From: Mycolicibacterium smegmatis
GTDB lineage: Bacteria; Actinomycetota; Actinomycetes; Mycobacteriales; Mycobacteriaceae
NCBI RefSeq assembly: GCF_001457595.1
Contig: NZ_LN831039.1
Location: 4,470,001-4,502,000, forward strand
DNA length: 32,000 nucleotides
Direction of reading: 5' to 3'
A program made the translations under genes and the position numbers. How positions within the stretch are numbered: the first letter of the stretch is position 1; every line of letters starts with the position of its first letter. Positions 10,181 to 18,881 of this stretch are shown in pieces. The notes below the pieces were generated by a model. The model was given only the letters and a program-made list of their open reading frames with translations. It did not search any database and was not told the origin of the DNA.

Positions 10181-11805
10181 GTGAGTTGTTGCTGAACGTG
10201 GCGGACCTCACGGTCGGCTTCGGCGACCATGAGGTGGTGCGCGGCCTGTCCTTCCATGTCGCGCCGGGCGAATGCTTCGCGATCGTCGGCGAATCCGGTT
10301 CGGGCAAGAGCGTCACCGCCCGCACCATCCTCGGCCTGGCCGGGCCCACCGCACGGGTCGGTGCCACCCGTCTGGAACTCAACGGAAAATCCCTGCTGGG
10401 CAACAAAGACCGGGATTGGCGACGCATCCGGGGCCGCGAGGTCGGTTTCGTGCTCCAGGACGCGCTGGTGTCGCTGGACCCGCTGCGCAAGGTGGGCGAC
10501 GAGATCGCCGAGACACTGCGCCTGCACAGGTTCGGCAACAAGGCCGCCCGCCGCAGGCACGTCCTGGAACTGCTCGAGGCCGTCGGTGTTCCCGAACCCG
10601 AACTCAAGGCCCGGCAACTGCCCGGCGAACTGTCCGGCGGGCAGCGCCAGCGTGCCCTGATCGCCTCGGCCATCGCGCTCGACCCGCCGCTGGTGATCGC
10701 CGACGAGCCCACCACGGCCCTGGACGTCACAGTGCAGGCCCAGATCCTGGATCTGCTGGCCGCGATGAAAAACAAGGGCACGGGCCTGGTGTTGATCAGC
10801 CACGACCTCGCGGTGGTGGGCCGGTTGGCTGATCGGGTCGCGGTCATGCGCAACGGTGTTCTGGTCGAGCAGGGTCCGGTCGCAGAGGTGCTGGCCGCGC
10901 CGTCACACCCCTACACCCAGACCCTGCTGGACGCGGTCCCGGCCGCGCACCGCAAGGGCACCCGCCTGTCGCACCAACCCGCGCGCACGATGCACGGCAC
11001 GCGGCAGACCGACGACGGTGTGCTGCTGGCGGCCCGCAACCTGGTCAAGCGGTTTCGCGGACCCGACGGCGTGGAGCGCACGGCGGTCAACGACGTGTCG
11101 TTCGAGATCGGCGTCGGCGAAACCCTCGGCATCGTCGGGGAATCCGGTTCGGGTAAGACCACCACGGCCCGCATGGCGCTCGCGCTCACCGAGCCCGACG
11201 AGGGCACGGTGCACCTGCTCGGCCAGCCGTGGAGTGAGCTCACCGAGAAGGAGCGCCGCAGCCGGCGCCGCCGCATCTCGGTGGTGTACCAGGATCCGCT
11301 GAGCTCGTTCGACCCACGCTGGACCGTGCGGCGCATCCTCGCCGATGCGCTCCCCGCCGAGCGCTACCCGGATGCCAAGGCCCGCGACGCGCGGGTGCGT
11401 GAACTGCTCGACGATGTCGGTCTGAGCTCCGAGCAACTCGATCGCCGACCGTTACTGCTCTCCGGTGGGCAGCGTCAGCGCGTGGCGATCGCGCGTGCCC
11501 TGGCCCCGGAGCCGTCGCTGATCGTGTGTGACGAACCGGTGTCCGCGCTCGACGTCACGATTCAGGCGCAGGTGCTGGACCTGCTGACCGATCTGCAGGA
11601 GCAACTCGGGCTGAGCTATTTGTTCATCTCGCACGACCTGGGGGTCATCCACCACGTGGCCGATCGCGTGCTGGTGATGCGGGAGGGCCGGGTGGTCGAA
11701 TCCGGATCGGCCGCACAGATCTTCGACGCCCCGCAGGACCCGTACACCCAGCAGTTGCTGGCCAGTCTTCCCGCCGCCGAACCGATGTCAGGAGCCGTAC
11801 TGTGA
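10177..11805 (+). CDS. ABC transporter ATP-binding protein, fused double ATPase (DppD/DppF-like)
   Basis: ATG 10177 overlaps the upstream stop (ATGA). Two Walker A motifs (GESGSGKS twice), two LSGGQRQR signatures and two Walker B motifs (ADEPT, CDEPV). Confidence 0.93.
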   Translation: MSELLLNVADLTVGFGDHEVVRGLSFHVAPGECFAIVGESGSGKSVTARTILGLAGPTARVGATRLELNGKSLLGNKDRDWRRIRGREVGFVLQDALVSLDPLRKVGDEIAETLRLHRFGNKAARRRHVLELLEAVGVPEPELKARQLPGELSGGQRQRALIASAIALDPPLVIADEPTTALDVTVQAQILDLLAAMKNKGTGLVLISHDLAVVGRLADRVAVMRNGVLVEQGPVAEVLAAPSHPYTQTLLDAVPAAHRKGTRLSHQPARTMHGTRQTDDGVLLAARNLVKRFRGPDGVERTAVNDVSFEIGVGETLGIVGESGSGKTTTARMALALTEPDEGTVHLLGQPWSELTEKERRSRRRRISVVYQDPLSSFDPRWTVRRILADALPAERYPDAKARDARVRELLDDVGLSSEQLDRRPLLLSGGQRQRVAIARALAPEPSLIVCDEPVSALDVTIQAQVLDLLTDLQEQLGLSYLFISHDLGVIHHVADRVLVMREGRVVESGSAAQIFDAPQDPYTQQLLASLPAAEPMSGAVL

Positions 11806-13172
11806 CCAAACAGATCATCCTCAACGCGTTCGACATGAACTGCGTGACACACATCGTGGCCGGCACCTGGCGCCACCCCGAATCGCAGGCCCGGCGATAC
11901 AAGGACATCGAGTACTGGACCGATCTGGCCAAGGTGCTCGAGAAGGGCCTGTTCGACGGCCTGTTCATCGCCGACGTGCTGGGCATCTACGACGTGTTCG
12001 GCGGCGGACCGGAAACCGCGCTGCGCACCGGCGCGCAGGTGCCGGTCAACGACCCGCTGCTGGTGGTGCCCGCGATGGCCGCGGTCACCAAGCACTTGGG
12101 CTTCGGGGTCACGGCGGCAACGTCTTTCGAGCATCCGTATTCGTTCTCGCGCCGGATGTCGACGCTGGACCACCTGACCAAGGGCCGGGTGGGCTGGAAC
12201 ATCGTCACGGGCTATCTGGAGAGCGCGGCGCGCAACCACGGCCTGGACACCATCACGCCGCACGCCGACCGTTACGACATCGCCGACGAGTACACCGAGG
12301 TGTTGTACAAGCTGTGGGAGGGTTCGTGGGAGGACGACGCCGTCGGGGCCGACCCGAACCGCGCCGAATACGCCGATGCGGCAAAGGTGCACCCGATCAA
12401 CCATGAGGGCACGCATTTCCGGGTGCCCGGCATCCACCTGTGCGAGCCGTCGCCGCAGCGCACCCCGGTGCTGTATCAGGCGGGCGCGTCCAGCAGGGGC
12501 CGACAGTTCGGCGCCGAGAACGCCGAGGTGATCTTCATCGGCGCGCCCACCAAGGACGTGCTGCGCGAGGCGGTCGCCGACATCCGCACCCGCGCCGCCG
12601 CGGCCGGACGTGACCCGTACGACGTCAAGATCGTCAACAGCCACGTCATCGTCACGGGTGAGACGGAGTCCGTCGCGCAGGCACGCTACGACGAGTTCCG
12701 CAGCTACACCGATCCGCAAGGTGCACTGGCATTGTGGTCGGGTTGGCTGGGGACCGACCTGTCGCGGTTCGACCTCGACGACCCGGTCGAGGTCACCGAC
12801 AACGAGTTCCTCAAGTCGTCGGTCGAGATGTTCGGGCAGGGCCAGTGGACCCTGCGCGATTTCATCGACGCCCACGCGATCAACGTCGACGGCGCCATGG
12901 CCGTGGGATCGCCCCAGCAGGTTGCCGACGATCTGCAGGAATGGGTCGAAGAGACCGATGTCGACGGGTTCAACCTCACCAACGTCATCACGCCGGGCAC
13001 GTTCGTCGACGTCGCCGAACATGTGATCCCCGAGCTGCAGCGCCGCGGCGCCTACAAGACCGAGTACACCGAAGGGACGTTGCGCCACAAGCTGTTCGGT
13101 CGTGGCCCCCGACTCCCCGAGACCCACCGGGCGGCCAACTACCGCCACGTCACCCAGGAGGTATCCGCATGA
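11802..13172 (+). CDS. LLM-class FMNH2-dependent monooxygenase, NtaA/SnaA/DszA family
   Basis: 456 aa. The N-terminus MTKQIILNAFDMNCVTHIVAGTWRHPE...YWTDLAKVLEKGLFDGLFIADV is characteristic of the nitrilotriacetate monooxygenase/DszA family. GTG start overlaps the upstream stop (GTGA). Confidence 0.88.
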   Translation: MTKQIILNAFDMNCVTHIVAGTWRHPESQARRYKDIEYWTDLAKVLEKGLFDGLFIADVLGIYDVFGGGPETALRTGAQVPVNDPLLVVPAMAAVTKHLGFGVTAATSFEHPYSFSRRMSTLDHLTKGRVGWNIVTGYLESAARNHGLDTITPHADRYDIADEYTEVLYKLWEGSWEDDAVGADPNRAEYADAAKVHPINHEGTHFRVPGIHLCEPSPQRTPVLYQAGASSRGRQFGAENAEVIFIGAPTKDVLREAVADIRTRAAAAGRDPYDVKIVNSHVIVTGETESVAQARYDEFRSYTDPQGALALWSGWLGTDLSRFDLDDPVEVTDNEFLKSSVEMFGQGQWTLRDFIDAHAINVDGAMAVGSPQQVADDLQEWVEETDVDGFNLTNVITPGTFVDVAEHVIPELQRRGAYKTEYTEGTLRHKLFGRGPRLPETHRAANYRHVTQEVSA

Positions 13173-14386
13173 CGAGCACCGCCACCGAGCCCATCACGTA
13201 CGGCTCACAACGGCTGGCCGAACTCATCGAGAAGATCGGCGAGGGCTCGCTGGAACGTGAACGCACCGGTGAGCGGCCGTTCGCGGTCATCGACCTGATC
13301 AAGCAGTCCGGTCTCGGCGCGTTGCGCGTCCCGCGTGAAGAGGGCGGCGGCGGGGCGACGCTGCGCGACCTGTTCGCCACCGTCATCGCGATCGCCACGG
13401 CCGACGTCAACGTCGCGCACATCCTGCGCGGGCACTTCGCCCACATCGAGGAGCGCCTGCGTCTCGACAGTGAACTGCGGCAGAAGGGTATCGATCTGGC
13501 GCTGTCCGGCAAGCTCATCGGCAACGCGTCCACCGAGATCGGCTCGACCCCGGCCGGTGGTTTCACGTGGCAGACCCGGCTCACCCGCGACGGCGACAAC
13601 TATCTGCTCAACGGTAAGAAGTTCTTCACCACCGGCACGCTGTACTCCGACTACGCCGAGGTGCTGGCCAGTGATCCCACCGGCGCCTCCGTGATCACAC
13701 TGGTACCCACCGACCATCCGGGTGTCACCGTGCTCGACGACTGGGACGGCATGGGCCAGCGCGCCACCGGCACCGGCACGGCGATCTTCGAGAACGTCCC
13801 GGTGGCCGCCGAGGAGGTCATGGAGTTCGCACCTCCGGGCGCCGACGACGAGGAACAGTCGCTCTACCACTCGGGCGCGTTCTTCCAGTTGTACGTCACC
13901 GCACTGGAAGTCGGCGTGATCCACGCGCTGCGCCGCGACGCGGTCGAGCACGTCCACACCCGGGCCCGCAGCTTCGCGTGGGCACCGCACCCGGTGCCGG
14001 CCGACGATCCGTTGCTGCAGCGCGAGATCGGTGAGATCGCCGCCGCGGCGTACGCGGGCGAGGCGACGGTGCTGGCCGCGGCCGAGGCCCTCGGCCGGGC
14101 GTATCAGGCCGACATCGACAAGACCGACCCGGACCTGGTGCTGGCGCACGAGGCGTCACTGCAGGCCGCGCAGGCGAAGATCGTCGTCGACGCACTCGCG
14201 CAGAAGGCCGCCTCGCAGATCTTCGACGTCGGCGGCGCATCCATCGTCCGGCAGGCCTACCTGCTGGACCGGCACTGGCGCAACATCCGCACGCTCGCGT
14301 CGCACAATCCGTCGTCGTACAAGGCGCAGGCCGTGGGCGCGTTCTTCACGCGCGGCACCAGATTGCCCGGCAGCGGCTACTTCTGA
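13169..14386 (+). CDS. Acyl-CoA dehydrogenase-fold flavoenzyme, SfnB/DszC-like (sulfur-acquisition oxidoreductase family)
   Basis: The track ORF 12734-14386 is over-extended. ATG 13169 overlaps the upstream stop (ATGA). 405 aa with ACAD-like three-domain layout. The SfnB-family resemblance is recalled from memory only. Confidence 0.75.
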   Translation: MTSTATEPITYGSQRLAELIEKIGEGSLERERTGERPFAVIDLIKQSGLGALRVPREEGGGGATLRDLFATVIAIATADVNVAHILRGHFAHIEERLRLDSELRQKGIDLALSGKLIGNASTEIGSTPAGGFTWQTRLTRDGDNYLLNGKKFFTTGTLYSDYAEVLASDPTGASVITLVPTDHPGVTVLDDWDGMGQRATGTGTAIFENVPVAAEEVMEFAPPGADDEEQSLYHSGAFFQLYVTALEVGVIHALRRDAVEHVHTRARSFAWAPHPVPADDPLLQREIGEIAAAAYAGEATVLAAAEALGRAYQADIDKTDPDLVLAHEASLQAAQAKIVVDALAQKAASQIFDVGGASIVRQAYLLDRHWRNIRTLASHNPSSYKAQAVGAFFTRGTRLPGSGYF

Positions 14387-14432
14387 GCGGCCGATCCGTC
14401 GCGAAACACCCTGTCGCACTGCCGATTTCTTC

Positions 14433-14467
14433 GCACGGATTGTGACCTGCAAGGTCACAATCCGTGC
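14433..14467 (+). terminator. Perfect 35-nt palindrome (16-bp arms, 3-nt centre): likely terminator of the ABC-LLM-SfnB operon
   Basis: GCACGGATTGTGACCT-gca-AGGTCACAATCCGTGC, 47 nt after the stop at 14386. No U tract, as is common for mycobacterial terminators. Confidence 0.5.
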
Positions 14468-14479
14468 TCGAGATGATCG

Positions 14480-14509
14480 TTGACCCTTTCTGAAGCGCCG
14501 CCATAGCCT
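14480..14509 (+). promoter_or_regulatory. Candidate SigA-type promoter (TTGACC-N18-TAGCCT) for the amidohydrolase operon
   Basis: -35-like TTGACC at 14480-14485 and -10-like TAGCCT at 14504-14509, about 80 nt upstream of GTG 14590. Confidence 0.25.
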
Positions 14510-14512
14510 TCA

Positions 14513-14570
14513 GGAAGCCACTGCAGTGAATCGCACCCGCCGCTCGACACCGGCCGCTGCAGTGGCCTCC
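14513..14570 (+). promoter_or_regulatory. Long-range inverted repeat in the amidohydrolase leader
   Basis: GGAAGCCACTGCAG (14513-14526) matches the reverse complement of CTGCAGTGGCCTCC (14557-14570) at 13 of 14 positions. It ends 8 nt before the GGAAGGA RBS. Confidence 0.3.
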
Positions 14571-14589
14571 AAACGGCGGAAGGACAGGC

Positions 14590-15897
14590 GTGACATCGGT
14601 TGACGGAGCAGCGCAGCGTGTGATCCTGCGCGGCGGACGCGTGATCGTCGGCGACGGGCACACCGTGCTCGACGACGCCACGGTCGTCGTCGAGCACGGA
14701 CGGATCACGACGGTCGACACCGGTGACGCGCCCGCTTCGCGGCCCGGCGATCGGCACGTCGACGTCAGCGGCAAGACTGTGATGCCCGCGGTGGTCAACC
14801 CGCACGGGCACGTCGGCTACATGCGCGGTTCGACGACGACGGCCGAGAATTTCTCCCGGGCAAGTGTTCTCGACTATATGCGGCGCATCCTCTACGCGGG
14901 TGTCGCGACCTTCCAGTCGCTGGGCACCGACCGTGACGACGTCGAAATCGGCCTCCGCGATCAGCAGCGATCGGGTGAACTGGCCGACGAGGGCCCGTTG
15001 GCCCGGTTCTACAGCGCAGGGGTGGGCATCGTGGCGCCCACACCCGGGTCACCCAACGGCGGACCGTTCTTCTCGACGGAGTCGATGTTCGAGGCGAGCA
15101 CCCCCGACGACGCGCGCGCCCACGTGCGCGTCCTCGCCGAAAAGCGGGCCGACATCGTCAAGTTCTGGATCGACGACCGCCACGGCACCAAGAGCAAGCT
15201 CCCGCCCGAGGTCTACCGGGCAATCGTGGACGAGGCGCACCGGCTCGGCCTCAAGGCCGCCGCCCACATCTACACCGTCGACGACGCCAAGGCCGCGGTG
15301 CGCGCCGGTGCCGACGTGCTGGCCCACCTCCCCCGCACCGGGCCCGACCGCGAACTCATCGACCTCATGCTCGAACACGACGTCGCCGCGTTCACGTCCT
15401 TGAGCATCCAGCGTCCCGACGGTACCGGCTGGCTCGACGATCCACTCGTGATCGAGACGGTCACCCCGCAGACCCGTGAATACCTGCGCACCCGCATCGA
15501 GTCGATCGCGCCGCAGCCGCTGTTCGACACCGTCGAGGCGTACCGGCGCATGGTCGACGCCGTGCACCAGTACGTGGAAGCCGGTGTGCGGATCGTGTTC
15601 TCGGCCGACACCGGGTTGCTGACCCAGGTACCCGGCATCGCCGAACATCGTGAGCTGGAGGCCATGGTCGATGCGGGGGTCAGCACGGCCGAGACGATCC
15701 ACGCCGCGACCGGCCGCGCAGCCGAATTCCTCAGTCTGGATTCGGGATCGGTCACCGAGGGCCGACGTGCCGATCTGCTGGTGCTCGACGCTGATCCGTT
15801 GACCGACATCCGTGCGGTGCGCCGCATCGACTCGCTGTACCTCGACGGCGACCTGGTCGATCGGGCCGCGTTGCGCGACCGCTTCCTGGACTTCTGA
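14590..15897 (+). CDS. Amidohydrolase family metallohydrolase
   Basis: 435 aa. HxH metal motif in VVNPHGHVGY, later conserved His (AAHIY, LAHLP) and Asp (FSADTG). GTG start has a GGAAGGA RBS. Confidence 0.85.
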   Translation: MTSVDGAAQRVILRGGRVIVGDGHTVLDDATVVVEHGRITTVDTGDAPASRPGDRHVDVSGKTVMPAVVNPHGHVGYMRGSTTTAENFSRASVLDYMRRILYAGVATFQSLGTDRDDVEIGLRDQQRSGELADEGPLARFYSAGVGIVAPTPGSPNGGPFFSTESMFEASTPDDARAHVRVLAEKRADIVKFWIDDRHGTKSKLPPEVYRAIVDEAHRLGLKAAAHIYTVDDAKAAVRAGADVLAHLPRTGPDRELIDLMLEHDVAAFTSLSIQRPDGTGWLDDPLVIETVTPQTREYLRTRIESIAPQPLFDTVEAYRRMVDAVHQYVEAGVRIVFSADTGLLTQVPGIAEHRELEAMVDAGVSTAETIHAATGRAAEFLSLDSGSVTEGRRADLLVLDADPLTDIRAVRRIDSLYLDGDLVDRAALRDRFLDF

Positions 15898-15908
15898 AAG
15901 GACCAGAC

Positions 15909-16790
15909 GTGGACATCCACAGCCTCCGCAGTACATTCGCCGAACGCCTGCACGCCGGCGGGAACATCGTCGCGCCAGGCGCATACGACGCACTCAGCGC
16001 GCAGATCATCGCCCGCTCCGGATTCGAGGCGGTGTTCATCGGCAGCTTCGGCATCGCCGCATCGGCCTACGGACTGCCCGACGTCGGGCTGTTGTCCCTG
16101 GACCAGCTGACCGAGCACACCCGCAATACCGCACGGGCCGTGGACATCCCGGTGATCGCCGACGCCGAAGGCGGGTTCTTCGAACCGGCGAACATGTGGC
16201 GCACGGTTCGCGGGTTCGAGGACGCCGGCGTGTGCGCCATCCACATCGAGGACAACCTGGGTGGCAAGCACAGCGCCGAACCCGCGGGCCTGCTCTCCCC
16301 GGAGGCCATGTCCGCCCGTATCCGCGCCGCAGTCGACGCCAAGACCGATCCGGCGTTCCAGATCATCGCCCGCACCGACGCCCGGTGGGTGTACGGCGAT
16401 GTCGGAGAGACGGTCCGCCGCCTTCGCGCGTACATCGACGCCGGGGCCGACATGGTGTTCGCACCGGGCATCAGCGCAGCCGAACTGGCCGCTGTGCGTG
16501 CGGATCTCGCGCGCCCCGTGATGGTGCTGGCCGACCTGCCGACCCGTGCGGGTGAGGCGCTGCCCGAGGACAGTGTCGACGATTTCGTGGCGGCCGGGGC
16601 CAACCTGATCGTGCTGTTTTACCTGACGCTGGGCGCCGCGGCGCTCGGTGTACGCCGCGTCCTGGAGGATTTCACCGAGCACCGGGACGTGCGAAAGCTG
16701 GACGGGCTCTTCGAGTCTCAGCATGCGTTCGAGGCCGCCATGGGTTATGACACCTATGAGGCGCGGGTCGCGCGGTACGGAGGCAGGTGA
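15909..16790 (+). CDS. Isocitrate lyase/PEP mutase superfamily protein (orphan subfamily)
   Basis: 293 aa. GAYDALSAQII...GSFG...DADAEGGF...HIEDN layout is typical of the ICL/PEPM TIM barrel. It lacks both the K[KR]CGH ICL signature and the EDKx5NS PepM motif (sequence here is EDNLGGKHSA). AAGGA RBS 6 nt upstream of GTG. Confidence 0.8.
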   Translation: MDIHSLRSTFAERLHAGGNIVAPGAYDALSAQIIARSGFEAVFIGSFGIAASAYGLPDVGLLSLDQLTEHTRNTARAVDIPVIADAEGGFFEPANMWRTVRGFEDAGVCAIHIEDNLGGKHSAEPAGLLSPEAMSARIRAAVDAKTDPAFQIIARTDARWVYGDVGETVRRLRAYIDAGADMVFAPGISAAELAAVRADLARPVMVLADLPTRAGEALPEDSVDDFVAAGANLIVLFYLTLGAAALGVRRVLEDFTEHRDVRKLDGLFESQHAFEAAMGYDTYEARVARYGGR

Positions 16791-16791
16791 G

Positions 16792-17685
16792 TCACAACCG
16801 CAGCGGTTCGGCGAAACGTTCGGTCGCCCGCGCGATGTAGGCGCCCAGATCGTCCTCGCCAGAGCGCCTCGCCAGCCAGGTCAGGCACGTGGTCACGTAC
16901 GGTTGGGCCGTCAGCTTCCGGATGACGACACCGTCGCCGCTGACCAACCGGGTCCACGGGGCGTCCGGGTTGAGCACTGCGAAACAACAGTGCCTGCCCG
17001 CGGCCACGAGGGCGTGCATCTCCCCCACGATGTCGTTGGTGACGGAGGTGTTCTGCGCGGCCGACCGGTAGTAGGGCTCGAAGCCGTCCAGTACGTGTTC
17101 CTGATCGTGGCGGATCATCGTCAGCTCCGAGATATCCTCGGGCCGAATAATTTCAAGGCTGCGGTACGGCTCGATGTCGGGCACCGCAATGCCGTAGGTC
17201 TCCGTCATCATCTCGTGGTAGTCGATCCGTGGGTCGTCGGGCAGTCCCACGGTCACCCCGAAGTCGAACTCTCCCCGCAACAGTGCGCGGTACTGGTCCT
17301 CGGTCCGCCGTGCCACGATCTCCACGGTCGCGTCGGCGTCCACCGCGTGAAAAACGTCGTCGATCAACGTGCGCCGCAACGTATCCGGGACGGCGCGCAC
17401 GCCCATCGTCAACTCGGCGCGGGTCCGCGCCGAGTGCGAGGTCACCTGCCGCAGCGCGGCGACCTGCGCGAGGATCTCCTGCGCCTTCGGCACCAGCGCC
17501 ACACCCGCGGTGGTCAACGCGACGTGGCGAGTCCCCCGGTCGAACAGCGGCGCCCGCAGTTCCTTCTCCAGTTCACGGATGGCACGACTCAGCGGCGACG
17601 GGGCTATGCGCAGGTTCTCGGCGGCTCTGGCGAAGTTCAGTTCCTCGGCCACGGCCAGGAAGTACGTCAGATGCCGCAGTTCCAT
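16792..17685 (-). CDS. LysR family transcriptional regulator
   Basis: 297 aa. N-terminal wHTH MELRHLTYFLAVAEELNFARAAENLRIAPSPLSRAIRELE, followed by a LysR substrate-binding domain. Confidence 0.92.
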   Translation of the reverse strand: MELRHLTYFLAVAEELNFARAAENLRIAPSPLSRAIRELEKELRAPLFDRGTRHVALTTAGVALVPKAQEILAQVAALRQVTSHSARTRAELTMGVRAVPDTLRRTLIDDVFHAVDADATVEIVARRTEDQYRALLRGEFDFGVTVGLPDDPRIDYHEMMTETYGIAVPDIEPYRSLEIIRPEDISELTMIRHDQEHVLDGFEPYYRSAAQNTSVTNDIVGEMHALVAAGRHCCFAVLNPDAPWTRLVSGDGVVIRKLTAQPYVTTCLTWLARRSGEDDLGAYIARATERFAEPLRL

Positions 17686-17748
17686 GGCATGTGTCTAGCA
17701 GACGTATGCCCAGGCCGGGGCGCCGGAGTCCCTTTCCCCACCCCTATT

Positions 17749-17764
17749 GCCATTTGCCGATGGC
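17749..17764. promoter_or_regulatory. Candidate LysR-type dyad (GCCAT-N6-ATGGC) in the LysR/Excalibur divergent spacer
   Basis: Inverted repeat in the 142-nt divergent intergenic region. Compatible with a T-N11-A type box (TGCCATTTGCCGA). Confidence 0.2.
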
Positions 17765-17827
17765 GCGGTTATGTTACGTCTCGCCGATTCTACGGCAACG
17801 TTAATATCAAGATCGGAAGGCACCCCA

Positions 17828-18019
17828 ATGATTCGTGCATTCATCGCAGCAGCCGTTCTCGGCGGGCTCGTCCTCGGGGGTGCGGCGACCGCCGGCGCCG
17901 ACCCTTATTACAAGAACTGCGCCGCGGCCCGTGCGGCCGGCGCGGCGCCGGTCTACGAGGGTGACCCGGGCTATGCGCCCCACCTCGACCGCGACGGCGA
18001 CGGTGTCGGCTGCGAATAG
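17828..18019 (+). CDS. Secreted Excalibur calcium-binding domain protein
   Basis: In-frame ATG 17828 with a GGAAGG RBS. Signal peptide MIRAFIAAAVLGGLVLGGAATAGA. C-terminal DRDGDGVGCE Excalibur motif. The track start at 17747 is probably over-extended. Confidence 0.8.
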   Translation: MIRAFIAAAVLGGLVLGGAATAGADPYYKNCAAARAAGAAPVYEGDPGYAPHLDRDGDGVGCE

Positions 18020-18025
18020 GGCGGA

Positions 18026-18781
18026 TTACCGGCTGAGCCACTCCACGAACTGATCCGAGGTGATCACGGGCGCGAAGAAGTTGTTGATCCGCTGGAACGC
18101 GGCGCGCTCGTGATCGGGATGGGCCGCGCCGGTCGCGTCACCGATGACGATCGGCAGCAGCCCGTGATCGCGGGCCGCGCGGGCGTTGCCCTCGATGCAC
18201 CAGTCGAGGTGGATGCCGGTGAGGACCACCACCTCGATCTTCTGGCGGATCAGCGTGCCCGGCAGGTCGGTGCCGACGAACGCGGTCTGCAGCGCCTTCT
18301 CGAACAGCTCGTTGTCCCCCGGCTCGACCAGTTCCCGAAGCTCACCGACAAGCTCGTTGTCCCAGGCGATCTGCTCAGGGGTCGCGTCGATGTGTCCGGT
18401 CCAGGCGTTGTACTGCACGCGGTCGAAGTCGGTCTTCGGATAGTCGTCACGGAACACCGAGAAACCGATCCAGTTGAACGACGTGAAGTTCTTCGCCGCG
18501 CGGGCGGCCTTCACGGCCTTGACCGTGGCCTCGAGGCTGCCGCGGAACGCATGCCCCTCGGCGTACTGCACGCCACCGGGCCGGTACAGCGAGTTCGATT
18601 GGCTGACCGACAGGAATGCCGCAGGGCGCGAGAGGATTTCGCGGAAATCCAGCTCCTGCCAGTGCTCGGCCAGCGGCGGGATCGACGCGACGTTGCTCGG
18701 AGGAAAGCCGAGCGCCTTCGGATCGAGTTCAACCGGTTCCAGCGGCGTGATCCGGTTCGCGCGCTCCACAGTCGCAGTCAC
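18026..18781 (-). CDS. Isochorismatase-family cysteine hydrolase
   Basis: C-terminal VVVLTGIHLDWCIEGNARAARDHG matches the isochorismatase nucleophile-Cys region. The start was re-picked at GTG 18781 (AAAGG RBS 8 nt upstream), because the track ORF runs into the MerR gene. Confidence 0.75.
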   Translation of the reverse strand: MTATVERANRITPLEPVELDPKALGFPPSNVASIPPLAEHWQELDFREILSRPAAFLSVSQSNSLYRPGGVQYAEGHAFRGSLEATVKAVKAARAAKNFTSFNWIGFSVFRDDYPKTDFDRVQYNAWTGHIDATPEQIAWDNELVGELRELVEPGDNELFEKALQTAFVGTDLPGTLIRQKIEVVVLTGIHLDWCIEGNARAARDHGLLPIVIGDATGAAHPDHERAAFQRINNFFAPVITSDQFVEWLSR

Positions 18782-18881
18782 AGTCGATACCTTTCGTTGA
18801 CGCACACGGCACGGGCGATGGTCGCATTTCCGTCGTGACGGCGAGAGACTTAGGATCAGCGTGATTCCAAATCCGCGCAGG

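Noticed and set aside
14441-14459. TGTGA...TCACA inside the 35-nt palindrome looked like a CRP/Crp-Fnr site.
   Set aside because: The half-sites are separated by 9 nt, not the 6 nt of the TGTGA-N6-TCACA consensus. The match is more simply a by-product of the long hairpin.
15041-15056. CACCCGGGTCACCC inside the amidohydrolase gene resembles the TCACCC/GGGTGA motif.
   Set aside because: It lies within coding sequence, is not an exact copy of the 13-mer, and has no partner hairpin. It is treated as chance in GC-rich DNA.
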